58,574 bases of DNA. It comes from an uncultured Gammaproteobacteria bacterium (GTDB taxonomy: Bacteria > Patescibacteriota > Microgenomatia > Daviesbacterales > UBA10151). Position 1 is the stretch's first letter, and each line of letters begins with the position of its first letter. Below are positions 45,359-53,879 of this stretch, piece after piece. A program made the position numbers and the translations under genes. The DNA is taken from contig CAYMZD010000002.1 of assembly GCA_964394855.1 (NCBI GenBank), positions 1 through 58,574 of the forward strand. Reading direction: 5' to 3'. The notes beneath the pieces were generated by a model. It had not been told where the DNA came from. It was given only the letters and a program-made list of their open reading frames with translations, and ran no database searches.

Positions 45359-45395
45359 ACACAAAACCATGGATGGGGATTTTGGGGAAATATAG

Positions 45396-45791
45396 TTAAT
45401 GTAGATGGATGAAACCAGGCAGACGATGCTGCAGAGCCATCCTTTTAAGGTCTGTGGTATTCCGCTGACTAAGGCCGTAAACATTAGCCAATTGGTCAAT
45501 AGTATGGTTTAAGAAAGCAGATAGCCAATCACCCCTTTCACCCAGGCGATCCCGCATGGCGGTTATTTTTCCATGAAGTGTGGTAACAACATCCAGTGCA
45601 GTCAGATGTAGACCATGTGCTTGTTCAAATTTAGCAACAAGTAGAGCTTCTGTGTCGGCTGCAGTCATTTGAGAGCCGGCATATTCGACATTGATACCAA
45701 GCTCTTCTGCCTGTTGTGTAGTCCTGGCTGCATGCCAGCTGCCGGCAGCAAGAGCTAAGGTTTCAGGTAGATCAATTTGCCATTGGGACAT
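45396..45791 (-). CDS. Hypothetical protein
   Basis: 131-codon helical ORF; no family recognised. Confidence 0.6.
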   Translation of the reverse strand: MSQWQIDLPETLALAAGSWHAARTTQQAEELGINVEYAGSQMTAADTEALLVAKFEQAHGLHLTALDVVTTLHGKITAMRDRLGERGDWLSAFLNHTIDQLANVYGLSQRNTTDLKRMALQHRLPGFIHLH

Positions 45792-45803
45792 AGTTATTCT
45801 TTT

Positions 45804-45932
45804 TTATTCCTCCGGATAATTTGTAGGGGTTGCACGACTGCGGTGCAATCTAGTTCTCCCTGTTCGTAGATTGATGGCAAGCTCTGTATCAAACTGTGGT
45901 AGTGGCGGTTGAGAACCGCTTTCTTTACCCAT
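45804..45932 (-). CDS. Small ORF (42 aa), below the ORF-track cutoff
   Basis: MGKESGSQPPLPQFDTELAINLRTGRTRLHRSRATPTNYPEE; TATAAT 7 nt before ATG. Confidence 0.4.
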   Translation of the reverse strand: MGKESGSQPPLPQFDTELAINLRTGRTRLHRSRATPTNYPEE

Positions 45933-46035
45933 GATCTTAATTATACAACTTTCTTAAAATTTTAGACAGAGTTAAGGAATGTAACTTAACTGTTAAGCAC
46001 CGCAAACTTGCTTCTTTGTGTATAATTAAATTAAC

Positions 46036-46287
46036 ATGGCTGTTGAATCTGATCAAGAAGAGCTTGAAGTATATGGGATAATTACAGAGATTGAATCAAG
46101 AGTATGTAGAGGAGTACTTTCTATGGATGTCTATAATCCCAAAGACCCTTTAATCATGAAGTTTGCAGAATTAAGAGAAGCAGTTAAGGACTTGGCTAGA
46201 CAAGGGGGTGATTTAAGGGGTAGTAATAATCACCACCAAGGTAACTCCAGCTTATTGGCAAGATTTATGTTATTCTGGAGAAGATGA
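46036..46287 (+). CDS. Hypothetical protein
   Basis: 83-codon ORF with TATAAT 9 nt upstream. Confidence 0.55.
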   Translation: MAVESDQEELEVYGIITEIESRVCRGVLSMDVYNPKDPLIMKFAELREAVKDLARQGGDLRGSNNHHQGNSSLLARFMLFWRR

Positions 46288-46526
46288 CTAAAAAAGCCTT
46301 TGTGGTTATTTTAATTTTAAGTGTGGTGGTAACTATAGGTATACCTTTTATTGGATTTATCACGACAAATTATCAAGTTATGTCAGGATGGCCGCTTAGA
46401 TTTACTGGCTTTTCATTTTTGGGGAGTACTACAAACTATACAACACTTCTTCTTGATATAGCTTTTTGGTTTGTAATAATTTGGGGAATTTGGAAAGTTT
46501 TACAAAAAGTTACTGCGAAGAGATAA
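46284..46526 (+). CDS. Small two-TM membrane protein
   Basis: Two hydrophobic segments with GWPL..F loop; ATGA overlap with the upstream gene. Confidence 0.7.
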   Translation: MTKKAFVVILILSVVVTIGIPFIGFITTNYQVMSGWPLRFTGFSFLGSTTNYTTLLLDIAFWFVIIWGIWKVLQKVTAKR

Positions 46527-46799
46527 TTATTTCTTCTTTCCTTGATCGTGTGGAACAATAACTTCTTGGGTAACTAACGAAGTATTTCCTGCAAGGTCAG
46601 TAGCCAATATCTTTATTATATATTTTCTCCCATCTTTATCATCTTCTCTTCTTGAAGCTGGCAGCTTAATTATTTGGTTGATTTCTGTCTGATTTTGGAT
46701 GGTTATTGAAGGTTCTATCAAATAATATTCATCATATACAAATACCGTTGTTTTATCTTTTTTCTCATTCCAGTGTGCTTTTAGCTTTTTTATCCACAC
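46527..46799 (-). pseudogene. Orphan C-terminal fragment of a secreted Ig-repeat protein
   Basis: KKDKTTV and ATDLAGNT resemble KKDKSTI and TDEAGNT of the 910-aa neighbour; ends VIVPHDQGKKK; no signal peptide. Confidence 0.45.
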
Positions 46800-46882
46800 C
46801 GTTTATTCATACGGGGTATGTTTAATGTGTAATTTTTATATTTAAAGCTACTTATTTCCTTACGCCATTAATAATGACTCTT

Positions 46883-47173
46883 TTATAGCTGTTGAGAAAC
46901 TATGCCTGCAGATAAGACAAAAATATTTAATAAAAAGACCCACAAAAGATAATAGATAATAAAGGTAAGAACTATTGTAATAATGTAATTTTTAGTTTTA
47001 AATGGTTTATTTACGATAAATTTCCTGGAAACTGCATAAATAATTAGAAAAATGATCATAAGAGCAATTATGCAATAGGTTAATAAGTTTCCAGTGCTAA
47101 ACATCCAGATAACATCAGGGCGTATGGTTTGAGTAAATGCCCCCCAAGAAAACCAATCAAATAAGCCAAACAT
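46883..47173 (-). CDS. Small membrane protein
   Basis: Two hydrophobic helices; directly follows the lipase-like gene. Confidence 0.65.
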   Translation of the reverse strand: MFGLFDWFSWGAFTQTIRPDVIWMFSTGNLLTYCIIALMIIFLIIYAVSRKFIVNKPFKTKNYIITIVLTFIIYYLLWVFLLNIFVLSAGIVSQQL

Positions 47174-49905
47174 TAATAAGTAGCCTCCAGATTGCCATAA
47201 TTTGTATTAAGCTGTAGGATTACTAACCCATCTTTAACTTCTTTAACTTTTTCTTCTTTTGGCTCTTTCATAATTATGGTACTTTTGTCCTTTTTTACAT
47301 CATAGCGAATCCTGATTTTAATTTCACCTTTTTGTTCAAAACTTTGTTCTTTAACATTTATTTTACTTTTTTTGCCTTGGTATGTAACATTAAAATGGTT
47401 GTTTTCCAAAACTTGTACAGGGTTATTGTTATATTGGAGAGAATAAATTCTGAAGCGGTCTTGTTTAATTTTATCTCTTTCCCTGACATCAATCTTTAAG
47501 GTATTGCCTGCTTCATCGGTAATTACGAAGAACGCATCATCTTTTCTCTTTGTTGCGATATTATCTGTACGCTGGACAGTGGTTGGATTTTGGTCAATTC
47601 CCCGGGCTTCCAAATCATTTTTGTCAGAATTTACGGAAATTTTTGCTTCAGGGGCTGTTTTATCGATTTTAATCTCCGTTTGTTTGGTTTGTTCCAGATT
47701 CCCTACCAAATCCGATGAACGGTAATAAACTGTAGTTATTCCTTCGTTGTTGATTACAAAAGGTGCAGTATATTTCTGCCAAGTGGAATTATCAAAACTG
47801 TATTTAATTTCTTTCAGGCCAGCTCCGCCTTCATTATCAACTGCCAATAAAGAAAGGTTTACATCTGATAAAAACCAGCCATTATTACCAGTTGTTCCCT
47901 GAAGTTGGGTTGTGGTAGATGGGGGAATATTATCAACGGGCCGCAATTGTAGGGGTTGGGGAGTTTGGGGATTGAAATTTAAATTATAGTCAAGATTTAC
48001 TCCCAAACTAGCTGTTCCCTGATTGATAACACTTTCGGTTTTGGTGGAAGTATAATAATCAACGCCAACATGATAATCTCCGCTGCCGGTTCCGGTTAAG
48101 GCAATTTTATAATCACCAGATGGATTTTCCACAAACACCCATTTCATTGCGCCTGTTGGATCAATCAAGGATTCTCCCACAGGATTTCCCTGACTATCTT
48201 TCACAGATAGAGTTACCGGCGATGCTACCCAAGCTACCATTACTTCATCGGGTGCGCCGGCTAAATTAGAGGGGGTATATGTGGCACCCAGTTTATCAAA
48301 AATTAATGAGGCGGCTGCGTTAGGCAGATTGGCGTGTTTGTCTGCCAAAGTTAATCCCGTGGTATTGGCAAGATTACTGCTTGAAACCAGGACGGTATTA
48401 TCTCCATCGGCAGTAGCGGCGCTGCCAAGCGGTTTGCCGTCCTCCCAAAGATATGGGTGAGTATAGTTTTCTATTTGCAGCTTTTCCCAGGTATTTTGGC
48501 CTGTGCCAATAATGTTAAATAACTCCACGCCTTTTTGAGCAAAGATATTGGCCGTATTTTGAGGATTAGAAGTATTTTTAAGAAAGTTATTAATCTCCTG
48601 CATATCTGTCCAGCTGAAAGGATTACCATTATTAATCAGATAATCGTAGCCGATTGGCAGTAAATCCTTGATTCCCTTCATGCGGTTATGAATCATTTGA
48701 TATGGTTCCTCATTGAAATTAAAAGATAATAATTTAATCATTACACTCAAGCCTGCTTTACTCACAGGATCCCAATTAGGAGGAACTTCTGCCCCTTCCC
48801 AGGTGTAATATGCAAAAAGGGAACCGGCATTAGGAGAACCTACCAGAAAAGCTTTACTAATATCATTACGGTAATTTGGCGACTCAATATAACTTCTGAC
48901 GACCAGCCCTCCCAGACTATGTGCCACTACATTAACTTTGTTAATTCCAGGATTAGCTGTTTTAGCTTTATCAATAGTTTCTGCCAGATATTTTTTTGCA
49001 GGAAGAGCAGCTCCCGGATCCGAATCAGTCCAGTCATTGGTTTTTCTCCAGTCATAAAAGGCAATAAAATAATCTTTGTCTTTTTGGTAGCCAGCTTTTT
49101 CCAAAGAGTCGATAAACTGTCTCCATCCACCTTCAGCAGCATACATCCAAGTCCAACCAGAGTCACCCCTGTCAGCGAGCACCCCTAAATTTGATGATGC
49201 TGCAATTCCCGGGATTAAAATTAAGGGAATTTTAGTGGGGAGGGCTTGCACCCTAATGTAGTCCACATTAAATCTGGTCCAGTTGCCCGCAGGAACTTGG
49301 ACATAATTTCCCATCCAGATATATTGCACTTTATTTGTGGTTTCTCCTGATGTAAAAACCAAGTCCCCGTCTAAATAAACAAAATACCTAGTTCCTTTTC
49401 TTTCCACCCTAAAAATATGGGTATCTAAATTAATGGAAGTGGTAAAAACAATTTGGCCATAGTATTCAAGGCGCATATTGGATAAAAACAAGTCTTGCCA
49501 AACATCAATTCTAATTAGCTCTGGAGCTTGGGGGTTTTGGATGGGATCTTTATCAGTTAAGGCAATACCTGTGCCATATCCTGTGACTTGGGTATATTGA
49601 AATTTGATTTCTGTAGTGAAATCACCCTCCGGGAAAATTTGATTTTTGCTAATAACAAAAGGAAATTTATCAGAATTTACCTGATTTAAATTTAAGTTAC
49701 CTAAATTTTCTTGAATAGTAGTGATACCAGGTGGGTTGTTAGGATAAACATTCCATTTATCAGGATCCAGGGTATTGGCAGGGCGGATTAAATTAAACTC
49801 TTCCTGAAAAAGATATTCCTGGGCTAAAACCGGAGAAGAAAAGAAAAGGATTGGAATAAAAAGAAGGGATATTCGCAGTAAAGCTGATAGTAATAATTTA
49901 CACAC
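47173..49905 (-). CDS. Large secreted alpha/beta-hydrolase (LCAT/PGAP1-like lipase) with lectin-like and Ig-like domains
   Basis: Signal peptide ending VLA; LIPGIAAS, FYDWR, AHSLGG nucleophile elbow, DGDNTV, H; C-terminal TDxAGN Ig-like repeats. Confidence 0.82.
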   Translation of the reverse strand: MCKLLLSALLRISLLFIPILFFSSPVLAQEYLFQEEFNLIRPANTLDPDKWNVYPNNPPGITTIQENLGNLNLNQVNSDKFPFVISKNQIFPEGDFTTEIKFQYTQVTGYGTGIALTDKDPIQNPQAPELIRIDVWQDLFLSNMRLEYYGQIVFTTSINLDTHIFRVERKGTRYFVYLDGDLVFTSGETTNKVQYIWMGNYVQVPAGNWTRFNVDYIRVQALPTKIPLILIPGIAASSNLGVLADRGDSGWTWMYAAEGGWRQFIDSLEKAGYQKDKDYFIAFYDWRKTNDWTDSDPGAALPAKKYLAETIDKAKTANPGINKVNVVAHSLGGLVVRSYIESPNYRNDISKAFLVGSPNAGSLFAYYTWEGAEVPPNWDPVSKAGLSVMIKLLSFNFNEEPYQMIHNRMKGIKDLLPIGYDYLINNGNPFSWTDMQEINNFLKNTSNPQNTANIFAQKGVELFNIIGTGQNTWEKLQIENYTHPYLWEDGKPLGSAATADGDNTVLVSSSNLANTTGLTLADKHANLPNAAASLIFDKLGATYTPSNLAGAPDEVMVAWVASPVTLSVKDSQGNPVGESLIDPTGAMKWVFVENPSGDYKIALTGTGSGDYHVGVDYYTSTKTESVINQGTASLGVNLDYNLNFNPQTPQPLQLRPVDNIPPSTTTQLQGTTGNNGWFLSDVNLSLLAVDNEGGAGLKEIKYSFDNSTWQKYTAPFVINNEGITTVYYRSSDLVGNLEQTKQTEIKIDKTAPEAKISVNSDKNDLEARGIDQNPTTVQRTDNIATKRKDDAFFVITDEAGNTLKIDVRERDKIKQDRFRIYSLQYNNNPVQVLENNHFNVTYQGKKSKINVKEQSFEQKGEIKIRIRYDVKKDKSTIIMKEPKEEKVKEVKDGLVILQLNTNYGNLEATY

Positions 49906-49935
49906 TATTTCATTATTAAATCAATAAAAGATATA

Positions 49936-50787
49936 ATGCAAGAGATGATTGCCAAACAGGAGAAAAAATTTGTGAAAAATGCCCTTTTTTTATCCCACAC
50001 CTCGATGCATGATTTTTTAAATTGTCCCCGAGCATATTACCTAAAAAACATTTATCGTGATAAAAAAACCGGCTATAAATTGCAAATTGCCTCGCCACAT
50101 CTTTCACTGGGATCAGTTGTTCATGATGTGATTAAATGGTTGTTGGAAATGCAAAGGCAAGTTAGTAAAAAACAACTCTTGGATAGATTTGATAATTTTT
50201 GGCTAAAATACAGCGGTAAAAGAGGGGGATTTATTTCCAAGGAAGAAGAGGAAAGTTTTAAGGCTCGGGGCAGAAAAATGATGGAGAGCTTTTATGAAAG
50301 CAGTAAAATCCTAGGGAAAATGATTCCCCCCATGAACTTTCCCAAATACTTTTTAGATGAGGATTTAGTTTTGACGGGTAATTTGGACTATGTGGAGGAG
50401 CTACCTGATGGCAGTTTGCATGTCATTGATTTTAAAACCGGCACTAAAGATGAGCAGTCAAATTTACAACTTTATTTATACGCTATTCTGGCTGAATCTA
50501 ATTTAGGAAAACCTGTTAAAAAGTTAAGCTTTTGGTATCTTGATAGGAGTTCAACTCCTGATGAAGTGGTGTTGGATTCCCTGGAAGAAAAGCTGGAGTA
50601 TTTAAAACAAAAAGGTCGGGAAATTAAAAAAGCCATTGAAACGGGTGAGTGGGTTTGCTCGAAGAGCCCTGAGCCTGCCGAAGGATGTTTTGACTGTCAA
50701 GCTTATCAGGCCATAATAGAGGGTAAAGGAGAGTTTCAATTCGAGGATGACAGATACAAAAAAGTAGTATATTTTTTACCTAAATGA
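49936..50787 (+). CDS. PD-(D/E)XK nuclease family protein (RecB-like)
   Basis: LSHTS..FLNCPR, GSVVHD, G.LD, VIDFKTG, QLYLY. Confidence 0.88.
   Translation: MQEMIAKQEKKFVKNALFLSHTSMHDFLNCPRAYYLKNIYRDKKTGYKLQIASPHLSLGSVVHDVIKWLLEMQRQVSKKQLLDRFDNFWLKYSGKRGGFISKEEEESFKARGRKMMESFYESSKILGKMIPPMNFPKYFLDEDLVLTGNLDYVEELPDGSLHVIDFKTGTKDEQSNLQLYLYAILAESNLGKPVKKLSFWYLDRSSTPDEVVLDSLEEKLEYLKQKGREIKKAIETGEWVCSKSPEPAEGCFDCQAYQAIIEGKGEFQFEDDRYKKVVYFLPK
50667..50685. repeat. Intragenic palindrome (CCTGAGCCTGCCGAAGG)
   Basis: Encodes PEPAEG between C-terminal cysteines; same core as 43634-43652 and 38531-38550. Confidence 0.75.
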
Positions 50788-51595
50788 CTCGTTGGGCTAT
50801 TTCTTCTGTATAATCTCCCGTTATGAGTTTTTGTCTGGTTGAAATTCTCCCGTTGTATCCTGGATAATCCTTGGTTAACATAACAAATAGATAAGGGTCG
50901 CCATAACAAGTTGTAACATATCCTGCCCTGTTAAAATAAGTGCCGCCCCCAGTAGGATATTGGCCATCTTTGTATAAAATTGTATTGGGTTGTGATTCTT
51001 GATTTAATATAGTTCTCTTTTTCATCCACGATAAAAGTAATCTTTGGTGTTCGCGCCAAATTAAATGTCCGCGTTTTAAATCTAACAAAAATTTAGCTAC
51101 GTCAGCAGCGGTGGTGATAACTGGTCCATTCATTTCCGGATCATAGACTATGGTATCTTTCATGCCCCAACTGTCAATAACACGCTGCAATTTAGGTCGC
51201 CATAATGCATCAGCCACCACTATGGTAGCCAAATTATCAGAATCTTCAACGCTTCTTCTAAGGAGCAAGTGAAGCGGTTGGGGAGGAATTAGTTGCTTTC
51301 TAAATTCGGAGTTAGCTCTATGGGCTAAGCGCATTAATATGGCCCGGGGTGTCGAGCGGAGTCTTCCGGTACCATAGTTTCCCTCCCTAAATTGTCTCCA
51401 GTCAAGACTCAACGGCTTTGCTAAATCTGCTTCTCCCTTTTCTACTAAATGAAAAGCTGCGGCGGCAATCCATAATTCCTCCAAAGAAGCAGCAACAAAA
51501 AATTCAGTGGATTGATAGCTGTCAGGTAAGCCAGAGTTAATTTTTTGGAATACAGTAGCAGTTCTAAACGTACCAGTTTCTATCCCTGTTATCAT
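50780..51595 (-). CDS. Class A beta-lactamase-like serine hydrolase fold, degenerate
   Basis: F.AAS, SDN, TTAADV..L; SxxK reads SLEE and KTG reads KDG. Confidence 0.65.
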   Translation of the reverse strand: MITGIETGTFRTATVFQKINSGLPDSYQSTEFFVAASLEELWIAAAAFHLVEKGEADLAKPLSLDWRQFREGNYGTGRLRSTPRAILMRLAHRANSEFRKQLIPPQPLHLLLRRSVEDSDNLATIVVADALWRPKLQRVIDSWGMKDTIVYDPEMNGPVITTAADVAKFLLDLKRGHLIWREHQRLLLSWMKKRTILNQESQPNTILYKDGQYPTGGGTYFNRAGYVTTCYGDPYLFVMLTKDYPGYNGRISTRQKLITGDYTEEIAQRVI

Positions 51596-51608
51596 AAGTG
51601 AGATATTA

Positions 51609-52175
51609 TCACAAACCTAATTTAATTTCAGCAAGGGTATTATGGGTATGAAAACCGTGTTCGGGGAGACTGGCAAACAGTTTAATGGAGGAAATGGCAA
51701 TGGGGTCAAATGGGATTTGCATTAACCTTTCCAGCTCCACCTCCTGGGGAGGTTTAAGTTTGAAGCCTTTTGCAGTCTTGGCAATGGCAATATGGGGGAT
51801 GTAGCGGCGTTCATCTGTGGGAATACCCAATCTTGCCAGTCCATCCTTGACCCTTTCTCTGATGATAAAAAGCTTATCAATATCACCCTTGACCCCCACC
51901 CAAAAAGTATGTGAGTGATGAAGGTTGGGAAAACCATCAATATAAGCCGGGGTAACCTCAAAAGGCGCAATTTCCCAGGTAGCTTTTTGGATCACAGCAA
52001 CCAGATCTGGTTGTAGATTATCATTTTGTTCCCCCACAAAAGCCACTGTTAAATGAACTTTTTCCGGATCTGTTAAGCGAAGCTGGGGAATAACCTGTTT
52101 TAGTTTTTGTTGAACTTCTTCCAGCTGGGCGCGGCTTTGATCGGGAATTTCTAAGGCAATGAAAAAACGGATCAT
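51609..52175 (-). CDS. thpR: RNA 2',3'-cyclic phosphodiesterase (2H family)
   Basis: R.FIAL, HLT.AF.G, PHI motifs. Confidence 0.9.
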   Translation of the reverse strand: MIRFFIALEIPDQSRAQLEEVQQKLKQVIPQLRLTDPEKVHLTVAFVGEQNDNLQPDLVAVIQKATWEIAPFEVTPAYIDGFPNLHHSHTFWVGVKGDIDKLFIIRERVKDGLARLGIPTDERRYIPHIAIAKTAKGFKLKPPQEVELERLMQIPFDPIAISSIKLFASLPEHGFHTHNTLAEIKLGL

Positions 52176-52196
52176 TTATTATATAATACCAGATGT

Positions 52197-52844
52197 ATGG
52201 AAGCTAAAGAGCTTTTTGACCAAGCTCAAGTCAAAAGAAATAATAATCAAACAGATGAGGCAGTGTCGGATTATTTAAAGGTCAGGGAACAGGTTTTGGC
52301 TGAAGGCAATAAGTGGCTCGGGGCAGAGTGTTTGCATATGATTGGGGTGGCTTATTATCAAGTAGAAAGATGGGAAGAATCTGATAAATTTTTGAAAGAG
52401 GCTGAGGAAGAATTTAGAAAGCTCGATGATCAGATGTTACTTGGAGCTACCTTGCGAGATAGAAGCTCGCTGGCCAGGGGTCAGAAAAGATTTGATGAGG
52501 CCATGGACTTAATTGATCAAAGTATTAATTATATTGCTGGCCATTTGGGAATCTCCCAAGTTAAAAAAGGGATGGTGCTATCTGATCAAGGTGAGCTAGC
52601 AGGAGCAGAGAAGTTAATTTTACAAGGGATAGCCAATATGGAAGGCAGTCCTGATAAATTCTTTCTATCAACAGGTTATTTTAATTTGGCAGAAGTGCAG
52701 TATAAAATGGGAAGGCAGGAAGAAGCTGGAATTTCCTTGGAAAAAGCTAGGGAAATTTTGCATGAGATTGCTAAACCCGACGAACATTTACCCAGAAGAA
52801 AACAAATGGATGAGTTAGCCCGAAAGTTGACAAATGAGCTTTGA
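52197..52844 (+). CDS. Tetratricopeptide repeat protein
   Basis: Repeated A..L..G..Y helical pairs. Confidence 0.75.
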   Translation: MEAKELFDQAQVKRNNNQTDEAVSDYLKVREQVLAEGNKWLGAECLHMIGVAYYQVERWEESDKFLKEAEEEFRKLDDQMLLGATLRDRSSLARGQKRFDEAMDLIDQSINYIAGHLGISQVKKGMVLSDQGELAGAEKLILQGIANMEGSPDKFFLSTGYFNLAEVQYKMGRQEEAGISLEKAREILHEIAKPDEHLPRRKQMDELARKLTNEL

Positions 52845-52910
52845 GGAAATTACCAAAAGATATAAAAAAATAATTCAGAATTTAGCGTTGAATTAAAAGA
52901 AGAATAAAGT

Positions 52911-53327
52911 TTGATGCTAGAAGATATGAAAAACAAAGAAGCACAAGTTGGGCTAGATGATTTAAAAGCTGCGGCTCGGGCAGAGCAGTGGGATGTTGTG
53001 GATGAAAATTTACCAGCTCTTGCGAAAGAGAAAATGGTAGCAGATTGGGCTGTGGGGGAAGGAGTAAACGAGGAGGATAGCAATATACGAGATTTAGCTG
53101 TTTCTATAACAGAAAAATCTAGGCAACCACTTACAGAAGAACAAGAAGAAAAATTAAGAAGTTTAATGTCTGGTGACCCAAATCAGTTTGTGCAATTTAG
53201 GGCAGCTTTTGCATTATTTAATAGGGGTGATAGATCAGAAGAGGTAATTGCTAAAATCCAAGAAGCAGCAAGAGATGAAGATGTAGAGGAAACTGCTGAA
53301 GATTATTTATTACAACTTGACAAATAA
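52911..53327 (+). CDS. HEAT-repeat-like acidic protein
   Basis: D.NIRDLA and DPNQFVQFRAA.AL repeats. Confidence 0.65.
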   Translation: MMLEDMKNKEAQVGLDDLKAAARAEQWDVVDENLPALAKEKMVADWAVGEGVNEEDSNIRDLAVSITEKSRQPLTEEQEEKLRSLMSGDPNQFVQFRAAFALFNRGDRSEEVIAKIQEAARDEDVEETAEDYLLQLDK

Positions 53328-53357
53328 CTATTCTTTTGTTCCCAAGTTCCCATCAGA

Positions 53358-53774
53358 TTAATTATTATCGCTAAAAGTATATTCATCGGGATGTAATCTA
53401 AGGCACCCTTCCATTCTATCGGGTGAAGGTATTGTATCTTCATCATCTTCAGGAATTTCTACAACTCCTAATAAAAGCGTTGGTAAATTTTCCATGCTAA
53501 AATTAGCCCTTAAACTCGGAAATTCCTTCTCTCCTTGGCTTGTTTGAACTGTCCTGTTATTAAAGTTGTTTATTCGATGAACCCTGGCAGCTAGTTGTAA
53601 CATTCTTAATGCTCCCTCATCTTTTGGTTCAATGAAAAACCTCTCACCACCGGGCTGACGTTCCATTCCTAACTTCCAATCCATTACTATCTTAAAATGA
53701 GGCGTCTCTCTTAAAATACCACCAGGAGTAAATGCAGGTAATTCTAGGCGTTGAGTTATTTCATCGTTCACCAT
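53358..53774 (-). CDS. Hypothetical protein
   Basis: 138-codon ORF; no family recognised. Confidence 0.6.
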   Translation of the reverse strand: MVNDEITQRLELPAFTPGGILRETPHFKIVMDWKLGMERQPGGERFFIEPKDEGALRMLQLAARVHRINNFNNRTVQTSQGEKEFPSLRANFSMENLPTLLLGVVEIPEDDEDTIPSPDRMEGCLRLHPDEYTFSDNN

Positions 53775-53879
53775 AATTATTATCTAGTTTTTCTTGCTTT
53801 AATGATTCAATTTTAATAACATTAATAATCTAATTTATGTACCTCATTTAAGCCTTCTTCATCAAACTCTAATACTTTT

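Noticed and set aside
49936-50787. Cas4 call
   Set aside because: No cas1/cas2 or array nearby, and the Cys spacing differs from CxxC-x5-C; a generic PD-(D/E)XK nuclease fits better.
52837-52910. Short ORF MSFEEITKRYKKIIQNLALN before the HEAT-repeat gene, possible frameshift
   Set aside because: No evidence that it joins the downstream frame, and too short to support.
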